IMG/VR virus record: IMGVR_UViG_3300020577_013140
Coordinates: 84,381 to 148,380 of that record
Reading direction: 5' to 3' (one strand)
Length of the DNA: 64,000 nt
DNA from: a virus
Lineage: Duplodnaviria > Heunggongvirae > Uroviricota > Caudoviricetes
The notes beneath the pieces were generated by a model, which did no database searches, was not told the DNA's origin, and saw nothing but the letters and a program-made list of their open reading frames with translations. Shown here one piece after another: positions 44,228-52,130 of the stretch; the first letter of the stretch is position 1, and each line of letters opens with the position of its first letter. The position numbers and the translations under genes were made by a program.

Positions 44228-45124
44228 TTATTGTTTGATGATGGCCGCCAACCCAAGGTCGTCCTGGTGCTTCCAGCCTTTCTTGGGCCAGACGCGGGTG
44301 GAGTTGAACAGCATTTTCCGACGGAGGATATTTCCCCTCGAACCAACCGGGAATTTCAGCAGGTCAGCTGCGATCTCTTGGTGGAACTTCACGTTGTCGC
44401 CGAAAGACCCGATACCGTCCGATGACACCACCAGGCTTCGTAGGCGGTTGAAGTCAAAGTCCAAAACCACTGGTGGACGCCCGAACGTGTGCAGTTCTTC
44501 ACGGCTGAGCTCCCAGGTATCGCCGGATGATGGACGCAGCACATGTAGCGTGTCTTCCCGGATCGGGTTGCAGGCTCCATAGTTGCGCAGACGGTCTTCG
44601 TTTTGTGGTAATTGATACGCCAGGTAGAACGGGCCGCTGCGTTCCACACGTTCCAGCGTGATGGTATATTCAGAGCGAAATACCTCTGTCGTATCATCCA
44701 GATAGTCGGCGCCGACGTAGCCATCGCCGTACATGAACGCAAAAGCGCGATCTTTGTATTGTGCCGCCAGAACCAGCGTACAATCCATGAACAGCGGTCC
44801 TAAGAATGCGCCTTCATTCAGCATGGCGTAAACCCCAGCCAGCTGGGATATCAGCCTTGCCCGAAACTCCAACTCGAGGGATGTAGCGCTCGCCGTAGGC
44901 TCAGCCATGAGCCTCTGAGGCAGCCACTCCTTAAGAATACGCCCGGCTGTCAATACCAGCAGCCTGGCACCGACATCACTGTTTGGCGCCGACGAACAAC
45001 CGTCCGATACGAGGGCAATACGCAGGTCGCCGTCGGAAAATCCGTGAGCGTAGTCCTGGCAACCGTGTTCCAAATGGAGCAGGGATGCTCCCTGCAAAGT
45101 GAAATAGTCCGTTATGATGCTCAT
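44228..45124 (-). CDS. PP2C-like phosphatase
   Basis: QGASH-like QGASLLH...CQDY, ALVSDGCSSA..SDVGARLL, DCTL, VVSSDGI, HQDD; start trimmed to ATG at 45124. Confidence 0.85.
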   Translation of the reverse strand: MSIITDYFTLQGASLLHLEHGCQDYAHGFSDGDLRIALVSDGCSSAPNSDVGARLLVLTAGRILKEWLPQRLMAEPTASATSLELEFRARLISQLAGVYAMLNEGAFLGPLFMDCTLVLAAQYKDRAFAFMYGDGYVGADYLDDTTEVFRSEYTITLERVERSGPFYLAYQLPQNEDRLRNYGACNPIREDTLHVLRPSSGDTWELSREELHTFGRPPVVLDFDFNRLRSLVVSSDGIGSFGDNVKFHQEIAADLLKFPVGSRGNILRRKMLFNSTRVWPKKGWKHQDDLGLAAIIKQ

Positions 45125-45203
45125 GTCTAAAGAAAAAGTGAAGGGTGAAAATGAAAACAGGGGCAGCCGGCCGTAGCCGGCCACCCCTATTGGTGAAAGC
45201 GCC

Positions 45204-45992
45204 CTAGATGGTCAAGGACGTCGGCATCGTCTTGCTCGGCCCACCGGAGCCGAGTGCCTGTGCAGTCGAGCTGACCGACTGGCTGACGAAATTGAGAAGC
45301 TTGGCGATCTTGCCCCGGTTGGCAGTCGGACCGCCAGCATTGAGGTGTCCCACAGCCAGGGTCAAGTCGATCTTGCACTTGACGCGCACGTCCTCCAGGT
45401 ACCTGCCGAACGCCGGGTCATTCGTCAGACCGATGAGGACGATTTGAGAACTCTCCAAGGACTCACCGCTAACCGCCATTTCGTTGGCGCGTGCGACATC
45501 ACCTGCACCACAGCCATGACCGGAGTCTTCACCGTCAGTCACGACGATCGTGATGGCGTTGGCTATGTAGGCCTGCTGAGCCAGGATGTGTGCGTAAGCC
45601 ACCGAGGCTTCAACACTTTGCCGCATGGCGTCGAACAGCGCGGTATTTCCGCCGGGATTGAGAATACCGTCGTAATCGTGTTCGTTGATGGAGTTGATCG
45701 GCTTGAAGCCATGCACCTCCTGTACGTCCTGGTTGAAGACCACAAGACGCACCAACTGACTGTTGGCGGTCGGATCCTTCTTGCAGGCACCGATGATTTC
45801 CTTGAGGATGAACTCGAGGGTGTCCTTGAACGAGTACACCGAGCCGCTCACATCGATGATGATCGTGACGAGGGTGTACTTGCTTGCCAGATTGGCTAGC
45901 GAGCTCAGGTCGACAGCGCTGTATTGAAACGACGACGCAGTCATGAGCTGAGACATGGCGACGTCCCCAGCGGGAAGAAGAGAGGAATTCAT
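45204..45992 (-). CDS. terY: von Willebrand factor A domain protein (TerY-like)
   Basis: MIDAS motif IIIDVSGSV, GNTALFDA, IVVTDGED; adjacent to PP2C and kinase genes. Confidence 0.75.
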   Translation of the reverse strand: MNSSLLPAGDVAMSQLMTASSFQYSAVDLSSLANLASKYTLVTIIIDVSGSVYSFKDTLEFILKEIIGACKKDPTANSQLVRLVVFNQDVQEVHGFKPINSINEHDYDGILNPGGNTALFDAMRQSVEASVAYAHILAQQAYIANAITIVVTDGEDSGHGCGAGDVARANEMAVSGESLESSQIVLIGLTNDPAFGRYLEDVRVKCKIDLTLAVGHLNAGGPTANRGKIAKLLNFVSQSVSSTAQALGSGGPSKTMPTSLTI

Positions 45993-46030
45993 AGATAGTT
46001 GAATCTTCTGCGTGATGTTGACGGTTCCGT

Positions 46031-46840
46031 TCAGATCAGGAACTTATCCGAGGTCGTGAGGGTGACGCCACGATGACGCATGTCGTCCAGGAAGTCGTCC
46101 GCCAACTTCTTGGCAATCGGCACCGGGGACATGAGGTCGGTGAGGATCACGAACTTGCGGACTTCAGCGTCCGAGAAGTTCGCGGCGATGTCGCGCACCG
46201 TGTTGGCCACGCAGTGCGACGAGGCCTCGCCGGTGATGACCAGCTGGTCAGCCATACCGAGGGCGCGCAGCAGGTTGGCGTTGAGCTTCGTCGTGGGATC
46301 CTGCGGGATCTGGACGTCCGCTTGCATGGCCGAATAGTGCTCCGTGAGGGGCTGACTGCCCTTGGGAACATAGTTCACCGAACGCAGGGTAGTGCGCGAC
46401 CAGTCGGCCAACGCATCCCAGATCTCCGGCACGATGTTGGAGCCTTCATGCCCGATGCGGCAGTGCTCAGGCCACACCATGAGGTCGTACCGGCCGTTGG
46501 TCTTGAGAGACTGGACGTAGTTCTCGAACCAGGGCTGATGCTCAGGCTTGACAGCGCGCCACACCCCGGTCTTCACGTCGTCGACGGTGATGGTCGTAAA
46601 CGGCGGAGGAGGCTGGCCATTCTTTCCCACCCACATGCAGGCGTGCGCAATGTGCGGCACCTGATGGGAGTCGAGGGTCAGGTGGAACATGTCAACCTTG
46701 GGCCCGATACGGCGGATGAATTTGGCCATGCGGACGGCGTCGGCGTCGGCGCCGGGCACGAAAAGCGCACCGGTGGGGCGGCAGAAGTCATTTTGCCAGT
46801 CAATGCCGAGGACGTGTAGTTTCAGACGATTGGAACTCAT
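46031..46840 (-). CDS. pncA: nicotinamidase / isochorismatase-family cysteine hydrolase
   Basis: IDWQNDF, LDSH, WPEHC, KG...TEHYS, GEASSHCV (Asp-Lys-Cys triad). Confidence 0.8.
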   Translation of the reverse strand: MSSNRLKLHVLGIDWQNDFCRPTGALFVPGADADAVRMAKFIRRIGPKVDMFHLTLDSHQVPHIAHACMWVGKNGQPPPPFTTITVDDVKTGVWRAVKPEHQPWFENYVQSLKTNGRYDLMVWPEHCRIGHEGSNIVPEIWDALADWSRTTLRSVNYVPKGSQPLTEHYSAMQADVQIPQDPTTKLNANLLRALGMADQLVITGEASSHCVANTVRDIAANFSDAEVRKFVILTDLMSPVPIAKKLADDFLDDMRHRGVTLTTSDKFLI

Positions 46841-47071
46841 TTTGAGGGGTGGTTGATGTAATGTTTATGTTTTTTCCGATGCACCCGGGGCGATGCCCCG
46901 GATCTTAAAAAGTGCTTGTAGAGCGACCACAATTACACCGACAACAATGACGGCGCTTGTGGATTGGAATATGAAGAAGATCAGCAGTGCTGCAAAAAGT
47001 GCAGCTGCGGCGGAGTTGACGTTCACGGTTATCCTTGTGTGTAAACGAAGATCTGATTATGATTCGCCTGT

Positions 47072-47485
47072 ATGTCAACGCATCACGAGTTACCATTCTT
47101 GCTCGGAGCTTTTTTTAGTCGGTTAACGTTGAACGAGGCGGACCAACTTCGTCATGGGTTAGTCGTCACACTACCGGTCACCAAAAAGTGGATTGCCATA
47201 AAACTGCAGAAAGCAATTGGTGGTAGCGTGTTTACAAGGAACAACGGCAAGACCCAATCAGTCTGTCTTACCATAAAAGCGAGACCCGACCTCACTCGAT
47301 TAAGGGCAGCATTGTTGTGGTACTCGGATTCTTTACCTGGGTTGCGCCCATTGATCCGTCTATTGGACCGGTACCAGAAGAACGCAGTCAAAGATATCCG
47401 ACCACGAAGAAAAAAGCCGGCAAGTACTCGTGAATACCTGCCGGCTTCGGTTACCTCCGTCGATTGCTGTCAGTGGGTGTCCTGA
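47072..47485 (+). CDS. hypothetical protein, weak resemblance to a single LAGLIDADG-like domain
   Basis: FLLGAFFS helix, KLQKAIGGSV, V.LTI.AR.DL..L pattern; lone plus-strand ORF filling a gap. Confidence 0.4.
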   Translation: MSTHHELPFLLGAFFSRLTLNEADQLRHGLVVTLPVTKKWIAIKLQKAIGGSVFTRNNGKTQSVCLTIKARPDLTRLRAALLWYSDSLPGLRPLIRLLDRYQKNAVKDIRPRRKKPASTREYLPASVTSVDCCQWVS

Positions 47486-48339
47486 TCGCCATCGTCGACT
47501 TCGCCGCTGGCGAGGATGACCCTCTCCATGCGCTGGGCTGGAGTCATATCCGCCACGTACCGGCCGGCCTGCCAGGCCAACAGGCGACCACTCTTTGCGT
47601 CCACCACAAACGTGATGGTCCGGGCCTGGTGCAATGGGGCGTTCTCATTGACGAGCACCGGCTTGAGTTCGCGCTGCACGCCTTCCGCCGTGACGACAGG
47701 CATCTCGATGAAATCCGGCTTGGTGCCGTTGCGAAGCAGCGTGACCCAGGGGCCCCATTCACTGCCGGTGCCGGGGACCTTGGTGTAAACGACGGGCGGC
47801 ACTTCCGGGGGGAGTTCCTTGGCCTGCCCTGCGGCGACGGCGTCACGAATGAGCTCCCAATTCCGACGCTTCTCTGCCAGAGCGGCATCTTTCCGCTCAT
47901 AGTACCGAACCAGCGGATCCAGCTTCACGTCACCGGCGTACGCGCTCCACCCACGGGGCACGGCAAAGAAGAAGAGCAGACGGTTGCCGTGGTCGTAGGT
48001 CTTCGCCGTGGTAAGCCGGTGCAGGGAGTAAATCAAGGAGCGCAGTCCTTCCACCGAGGCGACACGAACACCTGTGGCGGTGGTGACGAACCCTGTGGCG
48101 GAGGCGCCGTTGACGAGGAGTTGCAGCTGCTTCGTGCGGTCAGGCTCTTCGAGCTGGGAAATGTGACGGAGTGCTTCCCCCAACCCGTTGACCACGAGTT
48201 GCCGGGCCTGGGATTCAGTGATCTTGGAAGGTTCAGCGCGACGAGGATGGTTGGGCTTGTAGTCGACACGACCCTGAACTACGGTTGAAGCGGCCGGAGC
48301 TGAGGCGACGGCGGGAATGGGAGCTGTGAGAGTGTTCAT
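47470..48339 (-). CDS. hypothetical protein
   Basis: 289-aa ORF; start trimmed to ATG at 48339. Confidence 0.75.
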   Translation of the reverse strand: MNTLTAPIPAVASAPAASTVVQGRVDYKPNHPRRAEPSKITESQARQLVVNGLGEALRHISQLEEPDRTKQLQLLVNGASATGFVTTATGVRVASVEGLRSLIYSLHRLTTAKTYDHGNRLLFFFAVPRGWSAYAGDVKLDPLVRYYERKDAALAEKRRNWELIRDAVAAGQAKELPPEVPPVVYTKVPGTGSEWGPWVTLLRNGTKPDFIEMPVVTAEGVQRELKPVLVNENAPLHQARTITFVVDAKSGRLLAWQAGRYVADMTPAQRMERVILASGEVDDGDQDTH

Positions 48340-48389
48340 GATAAATTTGAGAATACTGCAATTAACTACCAAGCTAAAAATATACAGAA

Positions 48390-48424
48390 GGGGAGGAACT
48401 CCGGCAATCGCCGGAATCCCTCCC
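48390..48424 (-). terminator. probable terminator downstream of the TROVE gene
   Basis: GGGAGG..TCCGG/CCGGA..CCTCCC hairpin followed by a U-rich tract on the minus strand. Confidence 0.6.
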
Positions 48425-48443
48425 TGGTTGAACGTCTGAAAGG

Positions 48444-50114
48444 CTATTCGCCGTCTGCTTCGTTGAGCGCCTGGAAATCCACCTGGGTGACCTCGTGAAC
48501 GAGGGCCGAAGGATTCTTACGGAGCTCAGTCAGCAGGGCGAATATCTTGTCTGAGAAACCAGACAGAACAGCCACGGAGTCTTCCGGGAACATCATCGTT
48601 TTAGACCCCGTGAGGTCAAACATGACGATGAAAGGAAGAACCTTGTGGCGCTGTTCATACTGGCGTCTTGCGGCAGTCGGCGCGCCGGCTTGCGAGTCCC
48701 AGCTGTCACCGAACTGCCAACCTTCACCGTCCGACAGGATGATGATGTTGTCGTATCCAGTGGTGGCAGCTTCGAATATGGAATGGAAGTTGGTGGAGCC
48801 TCCGTTCCAGTTCTGACGTATGTCATTCAACGTCGCGAACAGCGACATATTCGTGCGGATCGGCTTGTAGGTAGCTCGGTTCGCGAATGACATGAAGTGA
48901 GCACCGGGTTGGCTCTTGAGCACGATTGCCGCGAACAGCGACCCGATGTTTGCAGGAGAGCGGTCAGTCTCGACACCCCCCATTGATGCAGACTCATCCA
49001 GCGCAACCAGGGTACGCCCTGGGAGTTTCGGAATGTTTCGGCACGACAAGGCGACGGCTTCCTCAATTGCGTCAGCGACCACCCGCGAATGCACGAACCC
49101 AGAGGCAAGGACTTCCTTGTAGGCACGTACAAACTGGAATGGAAGGATCAACGAATTCTCCACCGCCTTGGGGTTGGTGATGAACTCACAGACCTGAGGG
49201 ATTACTTCAGGTGCCTGCTCCAGGATGTTCCGGAGGTTGCGCAGGGTGGCGAAGTAACCGAGTTTCCGCTCCGCCACCAGCTCACGCCAAACCTGGGCCT
49301 TCTTCGCCGGGTCGGAGCCTGCAGCCGAAAGGCGTGCTTCCCACGTGTCGACGTTCTTCAACTCGCCACGTACGAACTGTCGGAAAGCCTCAGCGTTCTC
49401 GGGCGTCGGCTTCGGGTGTACGAGGTTGAACACGTCAACCAAGGAAATCGCCTGACCGGTCTTCTGGTACTTGGCCAGCCGATAGCCATCGAGCTTGGAC
49501 AGCGCGGCGGCGATACCCTTCTTCAAGGGATATGGTAGCGTCACTGGGACCTTCTTGCCTCGCTTGCCTCCGGGCTTACGGATGGTCTTGCCTCCGCCGA
49601 AGAACGCGAAGTAGGCCGCCACAATTTCCAGGGCGTCATCCGGGCGGTAAATCACGGACTCGACAAACTGCTTGACCCAGGTCTCGCCCTTGCCCTTCGT
49701 GTAGTAGCAGACCAAGGCCGCCACAGCGTGGGAAATGGACCGAAGGCCGAGTACGCGGCGCGCCCACACAGCGGCCTGAGCAGCGAAGCGAGGGCTGTGC
49801 TTGACGAGGGTCTTCAACCGCTCAAGCGTCTGGGCTTCGCTCTCATAGAACTTCCCTTTAGGCTCATGCAGCAGGGTGGTGAAGATGAGCGACAACAGCT
49901 CGAAAGCTGGGCTCTTCCGGAAAGCCTTTCCACCCGCTGCGTTGACCGTGTCGGTCTGTGCGTGGTGATGAGGCATGACGGTGGTAGCGGCCGGTGGCGA
50001 TGGCGGGATCTGACCGACCAGCGAGGTCGCCGAACGCGACCGTGCTCGTTGCGACTGCGAAGAGAGCGCAGGCTGGGTTGGAGTTGTGTTGAGTGAGGAG
50101 CTGAACTTAGCCAT
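48444..50114 (-). CDS. rsr: Ro60/Rsr TROVE-domain RNA-binding protein with C-terminal vWA domain
   Basis: DTVNAAGGKAF N-terminal motif, TWEARLS, LGYFATLRNLRN, ILPFQFVRAY, VALDESASM, TNF..IF, IILSDGEGW. Confidence 0.92.
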   Translation of the reverse strand: MAKFSSSLNTTPTQPALSSQSQRARSRSATSLVGQIPPSPPAATTVMPHHHAQTDTVNAAGGKAFRKSPAFELLSLIFTTLLHEPKGKFYESEAQTLERLKTLVKHSPRFAAQAAVWARRVLGLRSISHAVAALVCYYTKGKGETWVKQFVESVIYRPDDALEIVAAYFAFFGGGKTIRKPGGKRGKKVPVTLPYPLKKGIAAALSKLDGYRLAKYQKTGQAISLVDVFNLVHPKPTPENAEAFRQFVRGELKNVDTWEARLSAAGSDPAKKAQVWRELVAERKLGYFATLRNLRNILEQAPEVIPQVCEFITNPKAVENSLILPFQFVRAYKEVLASGFVHSRVVADAIEEAVALSCRNIPKLPGRTLVALDESASMGGVETDRSPANIGSLFAAIVLKSQPGAHFMSFANRATYKPIRTNMSLFATLNDIRQNWNGGSTNFHSIFEAATTGYDNIIILSDGEGWQFGDSWDSQAGAPTAARRQYEQRHKVLPFIVMFDLTGSKTMMFPEDSVAVLSGFSDKIFALLTELRKNPSALVHEVTQVDFQALNEADGE

Positions 50115-50144
50115 ATTGGGTTATGTCAGTGATTGAGGTTGAAT

Positions 50145-50196
50145 AGGGTCGACGGGGTATTTCGTAGATAGAAGTATCCGTCAGTGTTACATCCCT
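50145..50196 (-). ncRNA. Y-RNA-like unit 1 (minimal)
   Basis: AGGG-AUGUAAC...GACGG/CCGUC...GACCCU; closest unit to the Ro60 start; lacks an exact GUUCAUC. Confidence 0.5.
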
Positions 50197-50366
50197 CTAA
50201 AAAAATGCATCGGGCACCGCCAACGCTCTAGGTCGTTGTCGTTAAACGCCGTTTCCACGGTGGCCAGTTCGAGGATCTTGAACGACTGCAGTAAGGTCCT
50301 CCGCGACCGATGCTCCTGCCTCAATGGGTCTCGAGAGCGAGACCCAGAGTTTGCAGGTAAATGAAA

Positions 50367-50442
50367 CCGGGCGAAAAATAGACTTGTGAATTTTTGTTTC
50401 AGCGATAATGCAGAAGATGAATCACAAACCGTTACGTCCCGG
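50367..50442 (-). ncRNA. Y-RNA-like unit 2 (short cargo)
   Basis: CCGGG-ACGUAAC-GGUUUGUGA-UUCAUC...UUCACAAGUC-UAUUUUUC-G-CCCGG. Confidence 0.7.
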
Positions 50443-50459
50443 AAAATGGAAAAGGGGAA

Positions 50460-50527
50460 TGCGGAGAAAAGGAGTACCAGCGGGGGTTATCGTGGAATGA
50501 TGAACCGCTGGAAAAGTTACTTCCGCA
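50460..50527 (-). ncRNA. Y-RNA-like unit 3 (short cargo)
   Basis: UGCGG-AAGUAAC...CCAGCGG-UUCAUC...CCGCUGG...UUUUC-U-CCGCA. Confidence 0.7.
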
Positions 50528-50535
50528 AAGTGATA

Positions 50536-50600
50536 GGGGAGAAATGATGTTTGTGGGTTTTTTCTTAAACGCAAGATGAACCACAGACTGTTACTTCCCC
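50536..50600 (-). ncRNA. Y-RNA-like unit 4 (short cargo)
   Basis: GGGG-AAGUAAC-AGUCUGUGG-UUCAUC...CCCACAAAC...UUUC-U-CCCC. Confidence 0.7.
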
Positions 50601-50610
50601 AAAAGGAAAA

Positions 50611-50742
50611 GAGAGTGAAAAATTACCAGGAAGTTGTTTTCTCTACCATTGAGCTACGGCGGCATTTGAGCCGCCGGTGGGAATCGAACCCACGACCTTG
50701 TATTTTGCGGTACATGATGAACTCCTGATGGTTACATCTCTC
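50611..50742 (-). ncRNA. YrlA-like Y RNA unit 5 with a circularly permuted tRNA domain
   Basis: scaffold plus T arm GUGGG-UUCGAUU-CCCAC, acceptor CGGCGGC/GCCGCCG capped by a 6-nt loop, then D arm UAGCUCAAUGGUAGAG. Confidence 0.85.
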
Positions 50743-50765
50743 AAAATCGAAAAGTGTCTGGTTAA

Positions 50766-50825
50766 GGGCAAACATGGAAAAAGGAGACTGCAACAATCGG
50801 CTGCCTGTCTATTACATGTTTGCCC
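50766..50825 (-). ncRNA. Y-RNA-like unit 6 (variant, long terminal stem)
   Basis: GGGCAAACAUG-UAAU-AGAC...GUCU-CCUUUUUC-CAUGUUUGCCC; lacks GUUCAUC. Confidence 0.55.
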
Positions 50826-50981
50826 ACCTCGTCAGTGGAACCAGCACCACTATGAACACCCCTCACAGATGTTTGTCCGGAAGGTTTGATAGCGACTAAA
50901 CCGGGGCGCATTGTATCGGAATCGCTGCCCGTTCGAGTATCCGGTCTGTAGCCGGCGCCGAAGCGCTACAAGTCGCTAAAT

Positions 50982-51058
50982 TGGTAGCGGGGGCTGGATT
51001 TGAACCAGCGACCTCTTGGTTATGAGCCAAGCGAGCTACCAGGCTGCTCCACCCCGCA
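50982..51058 (-). tRNA. tRNA-Met(CAU), initiator-like, CCA encoded
   Basis: UGCGGGGUGGAGCAGCCUGGUAGCUCG...CUCAUAA...GGUUCAAAUCC...ACCA; 1:72 mismatch and A11-U24 pair. Confidence 0.93.
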
Positions 51059-51166
51059 ATCGAAAGAATGTTCCCGGCCATGGCCGGGTGAGATGGAGTC
51101 CGGCCCCATCGACTGGATGTTTCACGCCCGTCGCCTCCGGTTAAAGAGGTATCCAGTCAAAAAGAA

Positions 51167-51305
51167 TCCAAGGCGAATAAATTGTACGAGCTACATTTTG
51201 AACAGCTGCTCTTCCACTGAGCTATAGATGCCAAAGACACCTAGGTGGATTCGAACCACCGACCAGCTGTGGGATTGATGGACGTCGTACGGTTACGTCC
51301 TTGGA
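51167..51305 (-). ncRNA. YrlA-like Y RNA unit 7 with a circularly permuted tRNA domain
   Basis: UCCAAGG-ACGUAAC...GUCCAUC; ACAGCU/AGCUGU stem at the anticodon-stem position, T arm GGUGG-UUCGAAU-CCACC, capped acceptor, D arm UAGCUCAGUGGAAGAGC. Confidence 0.85.
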
Positions 51306-51312
51306 AAGGGAA

Positions 51313-51446
51313 TGAGGAGAAAAAGCGAAAGACATTTGTTAGGTGCTCTAACCGCTGAGCTATCCTGGCGTCTAATGCCAGGAGTGGGATTCGAACCCAC
51401 GACCACCCGCTTTACATGCGATGAACGTCTTTCAATTACTTCCTCA
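51313..51446 (-). ncRNA. YrlA-like Y RNA unit 8 with a circularly permuted tRNA domain
   Basis: UGAGG-AAGUAAU...GUUCAUC; T arm GUGGG-UUCGAAU-CCCAC; UCCUGGC/GCCAGGA capped acceptor; D arm UAGCUCAGCGGUUAGAGC. Confidence 0.85.
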
Positions 51447-51454
51447 AAAGTGAA

Positions 51455-51586
51455 TGGAGAGAAAAAGTGAACCTCATTTTTTAGTGTGCTATCCGTTACA
51501 CCACCAGCCCGTCAAATGGGCCAGCCAGGAATTGAACCTGGACCACTCGTTCCATATACGATGAACGAGATTCTATTACTTCTCCA
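51455..51586 (-). ncRNA. YrlA-like Y RNA unit 9 with a circularly permuted tRNA domain
   Basis: UGGAG-AAGUAAU...GUUCAUC; T arm CCAGG-UUCAAUU-CCUGG; CUGGCCC/GGGCUGG capped acceptor; D arm UGGUGUAACGGAUAGCAC. Confidence 0.85.
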
Positions 51587-51605
51587 AAAGTCAAAGAGCT
51601 TGATT

Positions 51606-51750
51606 GCTCTCTTGGCATTCCAGGATGCGTTCGTTGTAGTGTTCAGCTCGTGTACTGGTAAAGGTCCTTTTTCTCGGAGCTTACCTGTCATTTGCAGAAC
51701 TCTTAGTCTGTAGAAACAGATGAACGACCTAAAAAGAATGCCAAGGGGGC
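51606..51750 (-). ncRNA. structured RNA related to the Y-RNA-like units (variant)
   Basis: ~15-bp terminal stem GCCCCCUUGGCAUUC/GAAUGCCAAGAGAGC and a GUUCAUC motif, but no GUAAY. Confidence 0.45.
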
Positions 51751-52130
51751 AATCAACGCCTCCTATTATGGAGGCTTGCTGAAAATTGTCAACCCCCTAT
51801 TTAAGGAGGCGATAGGAGTGTTGCCGGTTCCAAAGGCCACTATTCGTGACTCATCGAAACCGAGCAAAAAACGCCAAGCCAGTGAAGCAAGGCACGTCAT
51901 TTGTTCACCTCGCACTACCAAGGTGTTTTTGTCGACGCCAACAACACTCCATTTGGGGGGCGAGGTGTTAACCAGGCCGCCTGCCACCAGCTGTATTTGA
52001 CCGATGAGGTTAGGCATACAGCAGCCGACTGTCAGATGCACTGACAGATTGAGCACTTGCCCCTTAGTCCGCGGCGTACCGCAGGTCAGAGTTTCGCGAT
52101 CCTTATTTCATGATCAGGGTGCTCAAAAAT

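Noticed and set aside
46073-46819. 248-aa plus-strand ORF
   Set aside because: It is an antisense shadow of the well-supported nicotinamidase gene. The same applies to 47464..48288, 60330..60935 and similar long opposite-strand ORFs in GC-rich genes.
50611-51586. Conventional tRNA genes at units 5, 7, 8 and 9
   Set aside because: T-loop and D-loop motifs are present but in permuted order (T arm before D arm), the acceptor is capped by a loop and there is no CCA, so they cannot be ordinary tRNAs.
52051-52124. Hammerhead ribozyme (CUGAUCA...GAAAC on the minus strand)
   Set aside because: The core reads CUGAUCA rather than CUGAnGA, and there is no stem III with a UH triplet before the closing helix.
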